This document shows, piece by piece, positions 40,680 to 55,032 of a DNA stretch of 64,000 nucleotides. Below the pieces are notes generated by a model. It searched no databases and had not been told where the DNA came from. It was given only the letters and a program-made list of their open reading frames with translations. A program made the position numbers and the translations under genes. This stretch comes from Octopus vulgaris (taxonomy: Eukaryota), in assembly GCA_951406725.2 (NCBI GenBank), contig OX597836.1, positions 19,778,001-19,842,000 of the forward strand, read 5' to 3'. Position 1 is the stretch's first letter; the number at the start of each line of letters is the position of its first letter.

Positions 40680-41740
40680 GTTTGCCGTCCTGGGTCGACC
40701 TTAAGTGACTTCAACACAACCAAAGCATTCTATAGGGGTTTAGTGGAGGGGAGGTACGACGACGAGCTCGGGGCGAACCTGGACGTCGACGAGGAGTACC
40801 TGACCCGCCTGTTCAGGACGACTTTCGGGCCAGGGCCCATGGACAACTTCCAGAGATCCCTGGCCTGGCAGTGCTACCGAGAAGCGCTACCCGTTCGGGA
40901 TAAGCTCTACAGACACGGCTCGAGAAACACGGGGCCGACCTGCCCGAGATGCGGTCAGAGCGACGAAACCGTTCTGCACGCACTCGTTCAGTGTCCAACA
41001 ATTTCCGACCTGTGGGCTTATGTCGAACAACTGCTGTCACGTGTGGGACGAGTCGGTTTATCAGCTGAGTCTATCGTCAATATTGTCACGCCTCCTTCCT
41101 TCAAACGGGAAGGAAGAGCTATTTTCATCATCCTTGTGGCTATGGCGAAAGAATGTATCTGGTGGACGCGTCTGAAAGGATTGGAGACAAACACTTTCCT
41201 CTCTGGTCAATCTCTCATCAACTTCTTCAAGTACCACTTGAAAAGGAAAGTGAGAGTAGAGAGGCAAGTTTTGTCTAGCGAATGTTTTAAAAAAAGATGG
41301 GTGAATGTAGCAAGAATGGCACGTATGAATGACGAAGCCACCTTGAACATAGTCCTATGAACCCAGAAATCGAAAACAGAGAGTTGTTTATTTGCAAAAA
41401 AAAAAAAAAAAAAAAAAAGAAATATAAAATGTGACTTCATTGACCGAGGTTACCGTGGTCTTTTCCGTAGGCTTTTCTTTCCACGGGTAAACCTCACCTG
41501 TCCTCCCCTTTACACTTCATATTGACATTTCTGTGATAACGATCCCTATTGATCAATTTTTTTTTTTTTTTTTTTTTCCTCTCCCCCTTTTTTTTGTCCT
41601 CTTTCTCTCCTTTTACGATCCCTTTTGATCGAAACTTCCCCTTCCTTTTTTTTTTTTTTTTTTTTTAAACCTTCAAAAGAAAAGCTCTACCTTGTAATTT
41701 GTTCTATCTGTGTGCAGCCCTGTGTGGCTAATAAAGAAAC
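40680..41740 (+). mobile_element. 5'-truncated Tx1/L1-type LINE in (ATCT)n
   Basis: Open ORF2 C-terminus with zf-RVT-like CPRCGQSDETVLHALVQC, a T-rich 3' UTR and tail cagccctgtgtggctaataaagaaa. (TATC)n on both sides. Confidence 0.9.
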
Positions 41741-41752
41741 ATATCTATTTGC

Positions 41753-41796
<44 letters not shown>

Positions 41797-41990
41797 TTGC
41801 CTGTCTGTCTGCTTGCCTGTCTGCCTGTCTGTCTCTCTCTCTATCTATATATGCACACACACACCTGTCTCCATCTTATGTTTCTTGTTTTTTTTTGTGC
41901 ATTTTGAACCATATATATTAGGGCTCACAAAAAACCGATAATTCCCAAAACTGAGTTCAAGTATAAGTAATTCTCAAAACCGGTTTTCGC

Positions 41991-42244
41991 GGGTACTACT
42001 TAAGTAGAGTGGTCCCGGTGCGCGCACTCGCGCAAGCTAGTCGTGACTAGTCGATCCTTACTTTGTGTTTTATTTACTTTGTTTAAAAAAAATTTATTTA
42101 CTTTGTGTAAAAAAAAATTATTTATTTTGTGTTTTATTTACTTTGCTAGGTAGTCGTTGTAGGATCGACTAGTCACGACTAGCTAGCGCGGATGCACGAG
42201 TACGCGAGTGCACGCACCGGGATCACTCTTCTTAAATAGTACCC
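41991..42244. mobile_element. Foldback MITE nested in the hAT element
   Basis: Long TIRs gggtactacttaagtagagtggtcccggtgcgcgcactcgcg..ctagtcgtgactagtcgatcc with an AT-rich centre. Confidence 0.8.
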
Positions 42245-43535
42245 GAATTCTTAAGAGATTTCAAATCCATCTGTTACCATCTTGGGCTCTTCATTCATTT
42301 TCTTCATTGCGCTTGTGTATTCACGAATGAGTCGATTACCTTCATAAGTAGATGGGACAACAGTAACACTTGTTTTTAGGTTCCCCCCTATTTCATTTTC
42401 TTTGTATAATTTTGTTGTGTTCTCAGCCTCATGTTCAGGAAATAATCTCCTATATGTTTGTTCAGCATACTTCCTTAAATGCTGTTTCGTTAAAAAATAG
42501 AAAAGGTCCAGAAATTGACTCACCTTTAAATTTCCTTGGGTTATGTAAATACCTCAAGAGGATCGAGGTTTCGACATTTCTTCTCTTATTATATCTATGC
42601 ATAAGTCTTTCACGAAGATTTAGAGCCAAAGGGTTGCCGACGATATTAAGTTTATTCAATAAAAATTCTATAGAATATTCCACTTTCAGTAAATCCGTAT
42701 TATCAGCGCAAATAGCCTTCAAAATAATTTCTACTGAATGCAGAATTTCATATTGTAAATTGAGAGACTTCCATTCTTCGTCAGCGACGGCATCTGTGGA
42801 AAGTTCTGCTCGTAGGGCATTTGGAATGCAGCTTTTCAATTTCAAAAATATCTCAATCATATGGAATGTGCTGTTCAACCGAGTTCTGCAATCCAGTATA
42901 AGTTTATATCCTCTGTTATCAAAGTTCGCTCATACAAAATCTTGCAAAATTTCATTTTTTGTAGGAAATTTACGGAGAAGTTTTGAAATTTTTCTTACGT
43001 TATTTAAAACTTTGTTAAATTCAGGTTTTAGCTGGGGAAAACAAGCATTTTCGTGAGCCAAATCTGTTTGACAAAGTATGTCTTGTTGGCTTATGTCAGC
43101 TTCCTCATCGCTATCGTCTGTTATGGTGATCACTATCGTCTGTTATGGCGATCACTATCGTCTGTTATAGCGATCTCTTCGCTTTTTTTTTTATCAAAAA
43201 ACTTAATGTTACTTCCTTGAAATGAATCTGGAACTGGTTATTACATATGCTCAACGGGAAAGATCACCCGACTGAAGACTAATAGCATCTCCTTGACTTG
43301 CTACGAATAAACTCGGTTACCTGCAAATTCAAAGAGTCAGCCAGGGGTTAGCGAAGATGACAAGGTGCTGATCTAAGGTTCAAGGGAAAAGAAGGTGAGA
43401 ATTGATATGTTGCGATATGTTTCAATGAAACAGACAGCACTCTGAACTAAAGCCGACCGACAACAGTTCAGTTAGCTCAGTTTCAGCGATCAAAAGAAAA
43501 AATGGAGAAATGTTTTACAAAAAAAAAGAAACAGC

Positions 43536-43651
43536 GGATCTTTTCACTCTGTTGCGGCACATTTAAAAAATAGTTATTTGTAACTAAATACTTTTAAACT
43601 TCGTATACTGGTAGAACGAGTTACATTAAACATCTTTTATTGAAAAGATCC
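43536..43651. mobile_element. Short GGATC-terminus MITE (Merlin-like)
   Basis: ggatcttttca / tgaaaagatcc. TSD gaaacagc. Shares aaacttcgtatactggtagaa with the other members. Confidence 0.85.
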
Positions 43652-43879
43652 GAAACAGCAAGCCTTAAAATCGGTTTTGGCAAATCGGTTTCGGTTTTTA
43701 CTGATCGTAATATAAAACCGGTTTCGAGGCCTAATATATATATATATATATATATATTGACGACGTTTATTCATTTCTTTGCCAACCAAAGCCTTGTGTG
43801 AGTGGATTTGGTAGATGGAAACTGAAAGTAGCCCATCATGAGTGTGTGTGTGTGTGTGTGCATGCATGTGTGTGAGAAT

Positions 43880-44170
43880 GCATGTGACCTAGTGGTTAGG
43901 CTGTTGCACTCACAATTTCTAGATTGTGGGTTCAATTTCTGGACGACTGAATGTCATGTGTTTTTGAGCAAGACACTTCATTTCACATTGCTCCAGTTCA
44001 TTTGCACTTGATTGTAAATGGGTAAACCCGCATCAGAATAGCCTTCCGGTTGGGGAGAATATTGGCCCGTTCACCGAGCCAGCAGGATGGCATCATTCAA
44101 AAGCTAAAATGATGCAAAGTGAATTGTGACTAACAATGAATAACAACATCCAATAGTCTGGCTAATCATG
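43880..44170 (+). mobile_element. Older tRNA-derived SINE
   Basis: A-box tgacctagtggttagg, B-box gggttcaatt, TTGAGCAAGACACT. Its 3' part matches 29052-29170 in reverse. Confidence 0.65.
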
Positions 44171-44177
44171 CAATAAA

Positions 44178-44436
44178 TACATACATACATACACACATAT
44201 ATACATACATGCATTCATGCATGCATACATACATACATTCATACATACATACATATACACATACATACATACATGCATGCATGCATGCATACATACACAC
44301 ATACATACATACATACATACATACATACATACATACATACATGCATGCATTCATACATACATACATACATGCATGCATGCATTCATACATACATACATAC
44401 ATACATGCATACATGCATGCATACATACATACATAC

Positions 44437-44467
<31 letters not shown>

Positions 44468-44621
44468 CTTACATACATACATACATGCATGCATGCATAC
44501 ATACATACATACATACATACATACATACATACATGCATGCATACATACATGCATGCATACATACATACATACATACATACATACATACATACATGCATAC
44601 ATACATATACACATACATACA

Positions 44622-44653
<32 letters not shown>

Positions 44654-44784
44654 CATACATACATACATGTATACATACATGCATAAATACATACATACAT
44701 GCATGTATTCATACATACATACATACATACATACACACATACATACATACATACATACATACATACATACATACACGCATACAT

Positions 44785-44821
<37 letters not shown>

Positions 44822-44835
44822 TACATACATATATA
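44178..44835. repeat. (CATA)n/(CATG)n microsatellite
   Basis: Direct reading. Confidence 0.95.
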
Positions 44836-45500
44836 TAATGGATGGATTCTCTTGTCATGAACAACAAGTGAGAGTTCAGTAAAATAAAGCCTTGATCCTG
44901 TTCTATGGACATGAGCGTGTCTCTTGAGGCCTGCTGGTGCCTTGTAAACCTTTAGACAAAGGGATCAAGTTGAGGACTCAGTTTTCTTGAGTGTTTGTGG
45001 ATCATTTACTACATGCTTTCTTGAGTGGACAGCTCAAGGAATGATTACTTCACAATGTCCCTTGAAAAGTTAATTTAAATAGCGAAAACCAGTTGTATAT
45101 CACATTTTATGAGACTTCTACCATCCATAAAATATGTATATATATTTTTTTATAAAACAATATTAAAGCTATGTGAAATGAAGGCATTTCTCTTTCCCTT
45201 TTTATATATGTTTTCTACATATTTTCACTCTATAATTTTGCCACGTGGTGTATACTGATTCTCCAGCATTTTTGCTCCTTTTATATATATATATATATAT
45301 ACACACACACATACATATATATATATACTTAGTTACATAGTTTCGGGTTCAGTCCCACTGCGTCGCACTTTGGGCAGATGTCTTCTACTATAGCCTCGAG
45401 CTGACCGAAGCTTTGTGATTGAATTCGGTAGGCGGAAGTTACTGGCGTGTGTGTATGTGTGCGTGTAGGTGCTCAGTGCCTCTCCGAAAGAGAGAGAGAG

Positions 45501-45571
<71 letters not shown>

Positions 45572-45600
45572 GTATATATATATATGTATATATATATATG

Positions 45601-45662
<62 letters not shown>

Positions 45663-46357
45663 CACACACATACATATATATACACGCACATATAGACATA
45701 CATACATACATATTATACACACCCATCCACACACACTCATCTATATATTATTCTTTTTTCAAATGGTGGATCTTGAAGCATTTAAAGTGCTAAATAATTT
45801 ATAGAAAAGGGTCAAAGGTTGTTGATAGGACATAGAATTCACATCTGCAACCACGATAGGCATTCAGACACTATTTTAGCATGGAAGCAAAACGCATGCA
45901 TCTCCAGGAGTTGATAAAATAGGAGTAAAATGTATATTATGGGAGGTGAAAATAACGGGAATGGGTTAAATGAAAAGTGGAAAAGATAAAAGGAAACTTC
46001 TGAGCCAATGAGATCTGTTAAGGAGATTAAGAGATTATTGAAAATCTAGTTTTGTTGTGATGATTAGTATGACGTTATAGGTCACTGATTGCGTGTAATT
46101 GAGGTGGGGAGAGAAAGAGAGAGAGCAAGAGAGAAAAGGAGAGTGAGAGAGAGAGACCAGCTTCTTCCTGCTATTTTTCCTCCATTTTCTTCTTGCATAT
46201 AATTTAAACTTACAGTTTACCTGCTGAATTACCTGCTACTGTATACCTTTACCAAGGACTGTACCTATGCAACTAATCACCAGGAGTGCCTTTGGATTTA
46301 ACCATCCCTTAGAGGTTTTAAACACCTCTAACTTATACCTATATATATATATATATA

Positions 46358-46575
46358 TAACTAATGTAGGATAAAATTTTTTTCGGGAAAAAAATTTCAT
46401 CAATGGCCAGCATATCAAAAAATACCTTTAAAGGTTAAATTTATAAATAATTTACAATATAAGGGCAAAAGAAAAATTCAAATGCCAAATATGCCGAAAA
46501 AAAGACAAAAATTGTCAATTAACCATTATAATTCATGCGTCTCGAATTTTTCTTTTGCCCTTATATTGTAAATTA
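46358..46575. mobile_element. Short copy of the 12716-13387 foldback family, opposite orientation
   Basis: Same tail and arm sequence. A ~30-bp inverted arm ends at the same boundary (..ttgtaaatta). Confidence 0.85.
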
Positions 46576-46601
46576 CACATATATATATATATATATATAT
46601 A

Positions 46602-46794
46602 CTTTGGGTATGGTAGATGAAATCAGCAAAAATTTAGATTTAGATAAAAATGGTACTTAAGTTGAGGCACCAGAATTTAGTATGGTATTATCCATACAAT
46701 TTCAAAGTAAGGGGGATTAAAATCAAAATAAGCAACAAGGATATCCAGAGGTAATGCATTATCTCTGGATATCCTTGTTGCTTATTTTGATTTT
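46602..46794. mobile_element. Tail-plus-hairpin element in (TA)n
   Basis: Near-perfect hairpin at 46719-46794 (aaaatcaaaataagcaacaaggatatccagag/ctctggatatccttgttgcttattttgatttt) preceded by an unpaired ~115-bp segment. Confidence 0.65.
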
Positions 46795-46812
46795 ATATAT
46801 ATATATAAAACA

Positions 46813-47200
46813 GTGGAGGCGCAATGGCCCAGTGGTTAGGGCAGCGGACTCGCGGTCATAGGATCGCGGTTTCAATTCCCAGACCGGGCGTTGTGAGTGT
46901 TTATTGAGCGAAAACACCTAAAGCTCCACGAGGCTCCGGCAGGGGATGGTGGTGATCCCTGCTGTACTCTTTCACCACAACTTTCTCTCACTCTTACTTC
47001 CTGTTTCTGTTGTACCTGTATTTCAAAGGGCCGGCCTATTCACTCTCTGTGTCACGCTGAATATCCCCGAGAACTACGTTAAGGGTACACGTGTCTGTGG
47101 AGTGCTCAGGCACTTACACGTTAATTTCACGAGCAGGCTGTTCCGTTGATTCGGATCAACCGGAACCCTCGTTGTCGTAACCGACGGAGTGCTTCCACCC
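46813..47200 (+). mobile_element. Full-length young tRNA-derived SINE 'family D'
   Basis: A-box TGGCCCAGTGG, B-box-like GGTTTCAATTCC, CpG retained. TSD atatataaaaca at 46801-46812 and 47201-47212. Confidence 0.85.
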
Positions 47201-47280
47201 ATATATAAAACAACTGTAAGTTTCTTTATATATATACATGTGGTTGTTACATGTCAAAAATCAGCGGAAATACTGTCAGT

Positions 47281-47353
47281 GGGCAGTTTAGCTTAACAGT
47301 AAAGCACTCAGCCGGTGTCTTGGGGAATGTGGGTTCGACTCCCATGGCTGTTT
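47281..47353 (+). pseudogene. tRNA-like sequence (degenerate)
   Basis: TAGCTTAACAGTAAAGC D-arm and GTGGGTTCGACTCCCAT T-arm. Acceptor stem is mostly G-T pairs and the anticodon arm is poor. Confidence 0.5.
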
Positions 47354-47750
47354 GTTGACAACTTTTTCCACTTTGGAAGTGTAATAATACCCAATTTTTC
47401 TGCTGTGTTCAAAATATCACTTTCTTATCTGTATCATATAATACACATTCGACACTTCTAAGAAACAAATGTAAGTTTGTTTATTACACACATGATTGTT
47501 TACCAGTGGCACATAAAAAGCACCATTCAAGCATGGCCTATACCAGTACCAACTGGCACCCATGCCAGTGGCATGTAAAATGTACCATTCGAGCATGACC
47601 AATGCCAGTGATGCCTGACTGTCACCTGTGCTGGTGGCACGTAAAAAGCACCCACTACACTCTAAGTGGTTGGCATTAGGAAGGGCATCCAGCTGTAGAA
47701 ACCTTGCCAAATCAGATTGGGGCCTGGTGCAGCCTCCCGGTGTACCAGGT

Positions 47751-47975
47751 TTAACCCTTTAGTGTTCACATTATTCTGCCAAAATTAATCCTTTTTTATT
47801 CACATTGTTTTGAACTAATCATTATCTTGTGGCTATGAGACTTTGATGAGGTAGCTGTTAATTTTTAAAATGATATTGTAGGGTTGGTGTGAGAGACCAG
47901 ATCTAGCCAGTTTGAACATAAAACAGGCAGAATACTTCTGGCCGGATATGGCCGGTTTAAATGCTAAAGGGTTAA
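47751..47975. mobile_element. piggyBac-like MITE (other copies at 56523-56751, 57333-57560, 61364-61590; related family at 58265-58491)
   Basis: TTAA-CCCTTTAG...CTAAAGGG-TTAA termini. Confidence 0.85.
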
Positions 47976-48085
47976 GCCCAGCCTCATGCTTCTGGTTCTG
48001 TCCCACTGTGTGACAATGGGGAGTTGTGTCTGCTACTAAATCCACAAGCCAAGAGTGAGTATGTGAGGGATATAGAAAAAGAGGA

Positions 48086-48126
<41 letters not shown>

Positions 48127-48151
48127 AAGATAGAGAGAGAGAGAGAGAGAG

Positions 48152-48665
48152 TATTTCTTTATTCACCATAAGGTTGAGAAAAAGAGGGGACAAACAAATG
48201 TTGGGGTCAGGGTATCAAATGAGACGAAACGTATGAATAAACAAACAATTAAAATATATACAATTAAATGAGAATGAGTGAATAACAAAAAATGAAGCGG
48301 AGGGCACGGTTGACCCCACAAACCACATACTCACACTGAAGACTTTGCTTTCTCCTTTTTTACATTCTCGATTAAACAGGTTCTTTCACTCGCAACATAC
48401 TTGCTATAGACTTCCATCTTTTACGAAACACACTTTGTGACAGGCATTTCTTCTCCAGCCTTATTTTCCGTTTCATGTGGAAAATGAAAAAGTCGATTAG
48501 CACGAGACTGGAGATAAACATGCCTGTTGCAATTCCTTTTACTCTCGTCTTCCATACTACTTCTTTCGCGAGAGATAGACTGACAGACAGAGAGAGAGTT
48601 GTCCTTGTGATGGTTGATAATAATGATATCAACAGGATATTAGATAATTTTTTTTTTGGTTGCTG
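48152..48665 (-). mobile_element. 3' end of a second, diverged Tx1/L1-type LINE family
   Basis: LAKEVVWKTRVKGI..LIDFFIFHMKRKIRLEKKCLSQSVFRKRW is homologous to the ORF2 end at 49760-49979. Tail tttgtttgtcccctc..aataaagaaat is followed by (CT)n. Confidence 0.8.
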
Positions 48666-48794
48666 GACTGGAAGTTAGGGAAGCCATTTAGGAATCATAA
48701 TGAGTTTTGGAAGCTGATTTCTCCCAGAATAATATTGTGTTGGCAGTACATAACACCACCCATTTGGTATTAAAAGGCTTTTAGACTTACATTA

Positions 48795-48928
<134 letters not shown>

Positions 48929-50280
48929 GAACGCGTACATCGCATCCGTCATCGAGTATCGTCTGACCGTCGTGCCTTGTCCCGACCCTACCATCACCAA
49001 ACTGGAATGCATACTCTTCCGCTTCTTGTGGAAGGGAAACGTTCCGATGGTTAGGCGATCCATTTGCTGCCAACACCCGCTAAATGGAGGGCTGGGCATG
49101 CCGTGGTTGATGATGCGCAGACATGCGCTGAGACTGCGACATCTCCGGCGCTTCATAGACAACGGTGAACAGGGGTGGTCGCCTTTTGTGCGGCGCGCTT
49201 TCCCGCAGCTCGTCTCCTTGAACGAACTACAGTCATGGATCAAGCAGAGACCGAGGCTAGGCGAATGGCACCGCGAGTGTCGCGTTGCTCTCAAGCAACT
49301 CTGCCGTCCGGGATCGAACTTGTGCGACTCCATCACAACAAAGGCATTCTATAGAGGATTAGTGGAGGGGAGGTGCGACGACGAACTCGGGCAGAGTCTG
49401 GGCGTCGACGAGGAACACCTGACCCGCCTGTTCAGGACAACTTTCGGGCCGGGACCTATGAACAATCACCAAAGATCCCTGGCCTGGCAGTGCTATCGAG
49501 AAGCATTACCTGTTCGGGATAAGCTCTACAGACACGGTTCCAGACACACTGGACCGACTTGCCCGAGATGCGGTCAGAGCGACGAAACCGTTCTGCACGC
49601 ACTCGTGCAATGTCCAACCATTTCCGACCTGTGGGCTTATGCCGAACGGCTGCTGTCACGTGTGGGACGAATCCGCCTATCGGCCGAGTCTATCGTGAAA
49701 ATTGCTCCGCCCCCTTCCCTCAACCGGGAAGGCAAGGCAGTTTTCATCGTACTGGTGGCCATGGTGAAAGAATGTGTGTGGTGGACTCGAGCGAAAGGAT
49801 TAGAGACAAACACTTACCTCTCTGGCCAATCGCTCATCAACTTTTTCAAGTACCACTTGAAAAGGAAGGTGAGAATGGAGAGGGAAGTTTTGTCTCGCGA
49901 AAGATTCAAAAAAAGATGGGTGAATGTTGCAAAGATGGTGCGTGCTAGTAACGAAACCATTTTGAGCATGATCCTGTAGATCGTAAAAAAGAAAGAAAGA
50001 GAGCATTTTTGACCTCATGTGTTTATTTCCTCCCTGACTGGGGTTCCCGTGGTCTTTTCTGTAGGCTTTTCTTCCCACGGATGAACCCAATCTTGTTATA
50101 TCAATGTTTACACCATTATTTCTGTGATACACGATTTTCTTTTTTTTTCCTTTTTTCCTCCTCTCGATCCCTTTTGATCGCAATCTTACATTTTTTATTT
50201 TTTTCCACCCTCGAAAAGAAAAGCTCTGCATTTGTATTTGTCCCCTCTGTATTCAGCCCTGTGTGGCTAATAAAAGAAAG
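48929..50280 (+). mobile_element. 5'-truncated young Tx1/L1-type LINE in (ATCT)n
   Basis: Uninterrupted 350-codon ORF2 C-terminus (FRFLWKG..P..GGLGMP; CPRC..ETVLHALVQC). (ATCT)n at 48795-48928 and 50282-50904. Confidence 0.92.
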
Positions 50281-50904
<624 letters not shown>

Positions 50905-51386
50905 GTATATTTATATATCTATATGTCTGTCTGTCTATATGTATGTGTCTATCTCTCTCTCCTCCTCTCTCTTTACATGTACACACACACACACACACAT
51001 GAACCTAGATCTATGTGTGTGTGTGTCTATATATTTATACAGATACATATGAATATACATATATATACATACATATACATACATACATACATACATACAC
51101 ATATATATACACACACACATGCAATGTATTAACATACACTGCATGTACCACGTTCTCGCGTTGTCTATTTATTGTTTTTCATAGTTTTTTAAATTGATTA
51201 TATATATATACACACACACACACAAAAGAAAACTACCCTTTAATAGGTAATTTATACATGCTAGAAATAGCATCCAACACGGCCAAAACCATGATTTTAT
51301 ATATATGTATATATATATATATATATACACACACACGTATACATACATATATATATATAATATATATGCATGTATATAATATGTAT

Positions 51387-51461
<75 letters not shown>

Positions 51462-51745
51462 TATATTACAAAATAAGAAAATGGAGAAATACATCCAAAT
51501 CAAATATCAATTACCAGATAATACCCAATCACATACTTTATTAAACCACCACATAAGAAACTTTAAGGTCAAACATAATAATATAGAACAAAACAGTGTA
51601 CATGAAGGAGTAATATGATACAATAAGTACAATATGTATAAGAGAATATAAATATAAATAAATAGCAGTATATTGGATATATGTTATCCCATGGAGGGTT
51701 GCATTTACAACCCCTATCTCAATTTATATATATATATATATATAA

Positions 51746-51861
<116 letters not shown>

Positions 51862-52499
51862 TCACACACACACAATATGTGCATATACATGTATATATGT
51901 ATGACATAATTTTATTAACCCTTTTGTAACACACCCATGCATTCTATATGGGTTTCGACTGAGGAAACAAAGATCCTTATCTTTTTAATTAATGAACAAA
52001 TTCAGTGACCCTACCATTGTGAAATCCGGTTTTAAAAAAATATTTCCTTTAAAAGGCGCCTACCATCTCATATTACCCAACTTTTCAAGAAATAACTGCT
52101 TTTTAGTGATATCTGCAACATCTGGAAAGCGGTGGGTTGCATATAACCTAAATAACTAGCATAAGAATCACAAAGTAATAATAACAATAATAATAATAAT
52201 AATAATAATAATGATAATAATAATAACTAGCTGGACCTGTGAAAAATTCATGGAAAATATAAAAAATTTAAGCATCTGTAAATTGTGTGCCGGTGCCATG
52301 AGAAACGGTTCTATATTGTGACAGTTACAGAATATAGAAAGTGTAAAACCAATAACTATAAAACCCAACCAAAATATCTCAGTTATCAATTGTAAACAGG
52401 ATTACTATTTACTATTTAACCTAATGATAGGAATGGGATTTGCCCATTCTATTGGAGCAAGTCATGGAACACCAATGAAAGGACTAAAAAGAAAATAGG

Positions 52500-53107
52500 G
52501 AAGGCCAACTCTTGATATGATAGCCACAAATACCAGAGTGTCATGTTCGTCGACACCACCCCTAGAGGCGAACTTGGCATACCGCTTTAGAAGGGTCCTA
52601 GACAAACTTAAGCTAAGGATTAAGGTTGTTGAAAGACCAGGCAACTCTATCAAATCCCTAATTGGTTGAACCTACCCTTTTAGTAGAACCACCTGTACTG
52701 ATAAGAACTGTACTGTATGTAGTTTTAGTCCACAAACAAACTGTAAAACCAGAAATGTATTCTATAGTATAAGATGTATAGAGGGACGATGCAGTAACAA
52801 GACAGCGATGTACATAGGGGAAACAGCATGGAGCATAGGAGAGTGGGTAAATGATCATTGGAGGGAACTTAAGGAAGAGAAGGGCTCATTGGTTCTGTAC
52901 CAGCATGCCGAGCAGGAACATGGGGGCTCATTCAACAACATAGAAACTAAAATCTTGTCCACACGTAGAACAGACACAATGCTTAGACAAATTACAGAAG
53001 CTACACACATAATAGAAGATAAACCTAGCCTGAATAGGAAACTGGAATGGAACACTAGCACACCCGGCCAACACACCACAACATATGACAGAATAAGATC
53101 CCCATAA
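52500..53107 (+). pseudogene. Penelope-like element C-terminus: Cys-rich linker and GIY-YIG endonuclease
   Basis: IKVVERPGNSIK..CTDKNCTVC..NCKTRNVFYSIRC..YIGET..H..LYQHAEQEHGG..MLRQITEATHI..PSLNRKLEW, with stops and frameshifts upstream. Confidence 0.88.
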
Positions 53108-53487
53108 ACTGATAACAATATGAACAAAATAGAATACAATACACAAATATCTTGTAGCTAGAAGAGTTTGATGATGTGATTGTTTATTTTTAGGATGACA
53201 TTGTAGAGAAGGTGTGAGAGGCCAAATCTTTGAACTTAATGTTTGAACTTAAACAGCTAGAATATTTGGGCTGGATATGGCTGGTTTAAAATGCTAAAGG
53301 GTTAAGCAAGGCAATTTATTCATCTCTTCCCCATTCAATTCTCTCAGGTAGCCCAGAGAAGGACCTTGCCATTTCCTCCCTCTGTGAGAAACATCATGTT
53401 AGTTGTTTCTCTGATCTTAAATATTACATTAACCATGAAGAACACTGGATTTAATTTTCTTTTTTCTTTTATATTTCTAATTCAAAG

Positions 53488-53785
53488 GATCGCTATGGCA
53501 ATATGGTGGACTCTAGCCAATATGGGAACGAGGCCTACATGAATCAAACGGATTATGGTCAGAATACTTACTCAGAGGTCAACCAATATATGGACAACAG
53601 TGGCTATGGTACAACCTCATCCTACTCTTCAGGAGGTCGTCAGTCCAGATCAAGTTACCGAAATAGCCCATCCCCAGCAGTCTGTCTGTCTCCGACCTCA
53701 CCTACAGGACCAGACGTAGGAGGTTACGGCTCTCCGGTTCCACGACGTAGCAAGTCACCTGGCGTTCAACTTGTAGTTCCAGGAG
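53488..53785 (+). CDS. Coding exon of an unidentified host gene (Tyr/Gly/Ser/Pro-rich, low complexity)
   Basis: Polypyrimidine tract plus ttcaaAG acceptor. Open frame DRYGNMVDSSQYG...SPVPRRSKSPGVQLVVPG. Donor AG|GTTGGT, phase 1. Confidence 0.75.
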
Positions 53786-53978
53786 GTTGGTGTTAAATTG
53801 TCTTTTTTATTTATTTATTTATTTATTTATTTGTTTGTTTATTCAGTTGTTTATTTTATTTGTTTTCTTATTTCACATAGTCAAACCTTTGCCATTGTCT
53901 CCGCCACAATCGCCACCACCACCATCACAGCTCCAACCATCACTGCTACTGTCACTGCCTTCACAGTTTTACCACCAC

Positions 53979-54289
53979 CAGTGGTGGACTGAGTCTAAAA
54001 ATATTGGTTGCCAGGAGACTAAGGGGGCCCACCCACAACTACAAGGGGGCCCACCTGCAACTACAATGCTACCATTTAATTTTTTTTGTTAAAAGTATTC
54101 TTTTCAACTGTCTACAAACATAGCTGGGCTGAAATAATTATTTACATTCTTCCAGGAGTGAATAAAAAATTCACAAACTTGAGAGGATGGGCCCCTTAGA
54201 TACTAACATGAGCCCCCATATATGGATTCTAATGGCACAGGGGTCCACGTGCCATCGGGAAAGCTGGAAACCTGGCCAGTCCACCACTG
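53979..54289. mobile_element. hAT-type MITE
   Basis: TIR cagtggtggactg/cagtccaccactg. 8-bp TSD accaccac. Confidence 0.85.
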
Positions 54290-54705
54290 ACCACCACCAC
54301 CTGAATTACACCAGCACTGGCAAGGTCGACAAGTAACTTGCAAGATAAGGAATTTTTGAGAGGGGAGGTGGCGTTGGAGGAGGTGATTTTGTGTCAACTG
54401 ATGAAAGGTTAAAGTGTGACAGAGAGACAGAAAGACGTGTTTTGCTATATAGGAGGTACATGGTTACCCAGCCAAATATATATATATATATATAATAAAA
54501 TATTAGGGAATAAATCCAAACTTACAGGGAAAAATCAGATTTAGGATTGAATCCAATTTTATAGTAAAATATTATATTATATTAAATTAGAGATAAAACC
54601 ACTATTAGGCAAATCATACAATGAAAAACTTAAGCCAATACATAAGATTAATTAATTTATATTATTTAAATACATATCAAAATTATTAAAAAAGATAATT
54701 AATAT

Positions 54706-54774
54706 AACACTACGATCGTTTCATGGCTGTTCAATTCTTAAAATTTTCGAGTTACAGTCATTCTTCAGGTGGTT
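54706..54774 (-). ncRNA. Type I hammerhead ribozyme within an AT-rich PLE pseudo-LTR-like element (about 54493-54888)
   Basis: Sense: cac-CTGAAGA-atgactgt..acagccat-GAAA-cgatcg-TA-gtg. Part of the element recurs at 26098-26178. Confidence 0.8.
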
Positions 54775-54979
54775 TAAATATCTAAAATATAATCAATATA
54801 TTTAAGATATAAATAATATATATAATATAATAATTTTACATATAATAAACTCTATTATCAAATATGATTATATCCAAATCGACTATAATCATCATCATCG
54901 TTTAACGTCCGTTTTCCGTGCTAGCACGGGTTGGACGGTTCGACCGGGGTCTGGGAAGCCAGGGGCTGCACCAGGCTCG

Positions 54980-55029
<50 letters not shown>

Positions 55030-55032
<3 letters not shown>

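Larger units (their letters stand above)
41919..43733 (-). mobile_element. Decayed hAT transposon with transposase fragments and nested MITEs
   Basis: Termini TAGGGCTC../..GAGGCCTA, flanks atatatat, subterminal aaaaccg motifs. Peptide VRKISKLLRKFPTKNEILQ..KLILDCRTRLNSTFHMIEIFLKLK is similar to the hAT 'TRWNS' block. Confidence 0.8.

Noticed and set aside
42370-43056. 228-aa plus-strand ORF
   Set aside because: Antisense shadow of the hAT transposase remnant.
45860-45915. Minus-strand hammerhead-like pattern
   Set aside because: Several core mismatches and no clear stem I or III.
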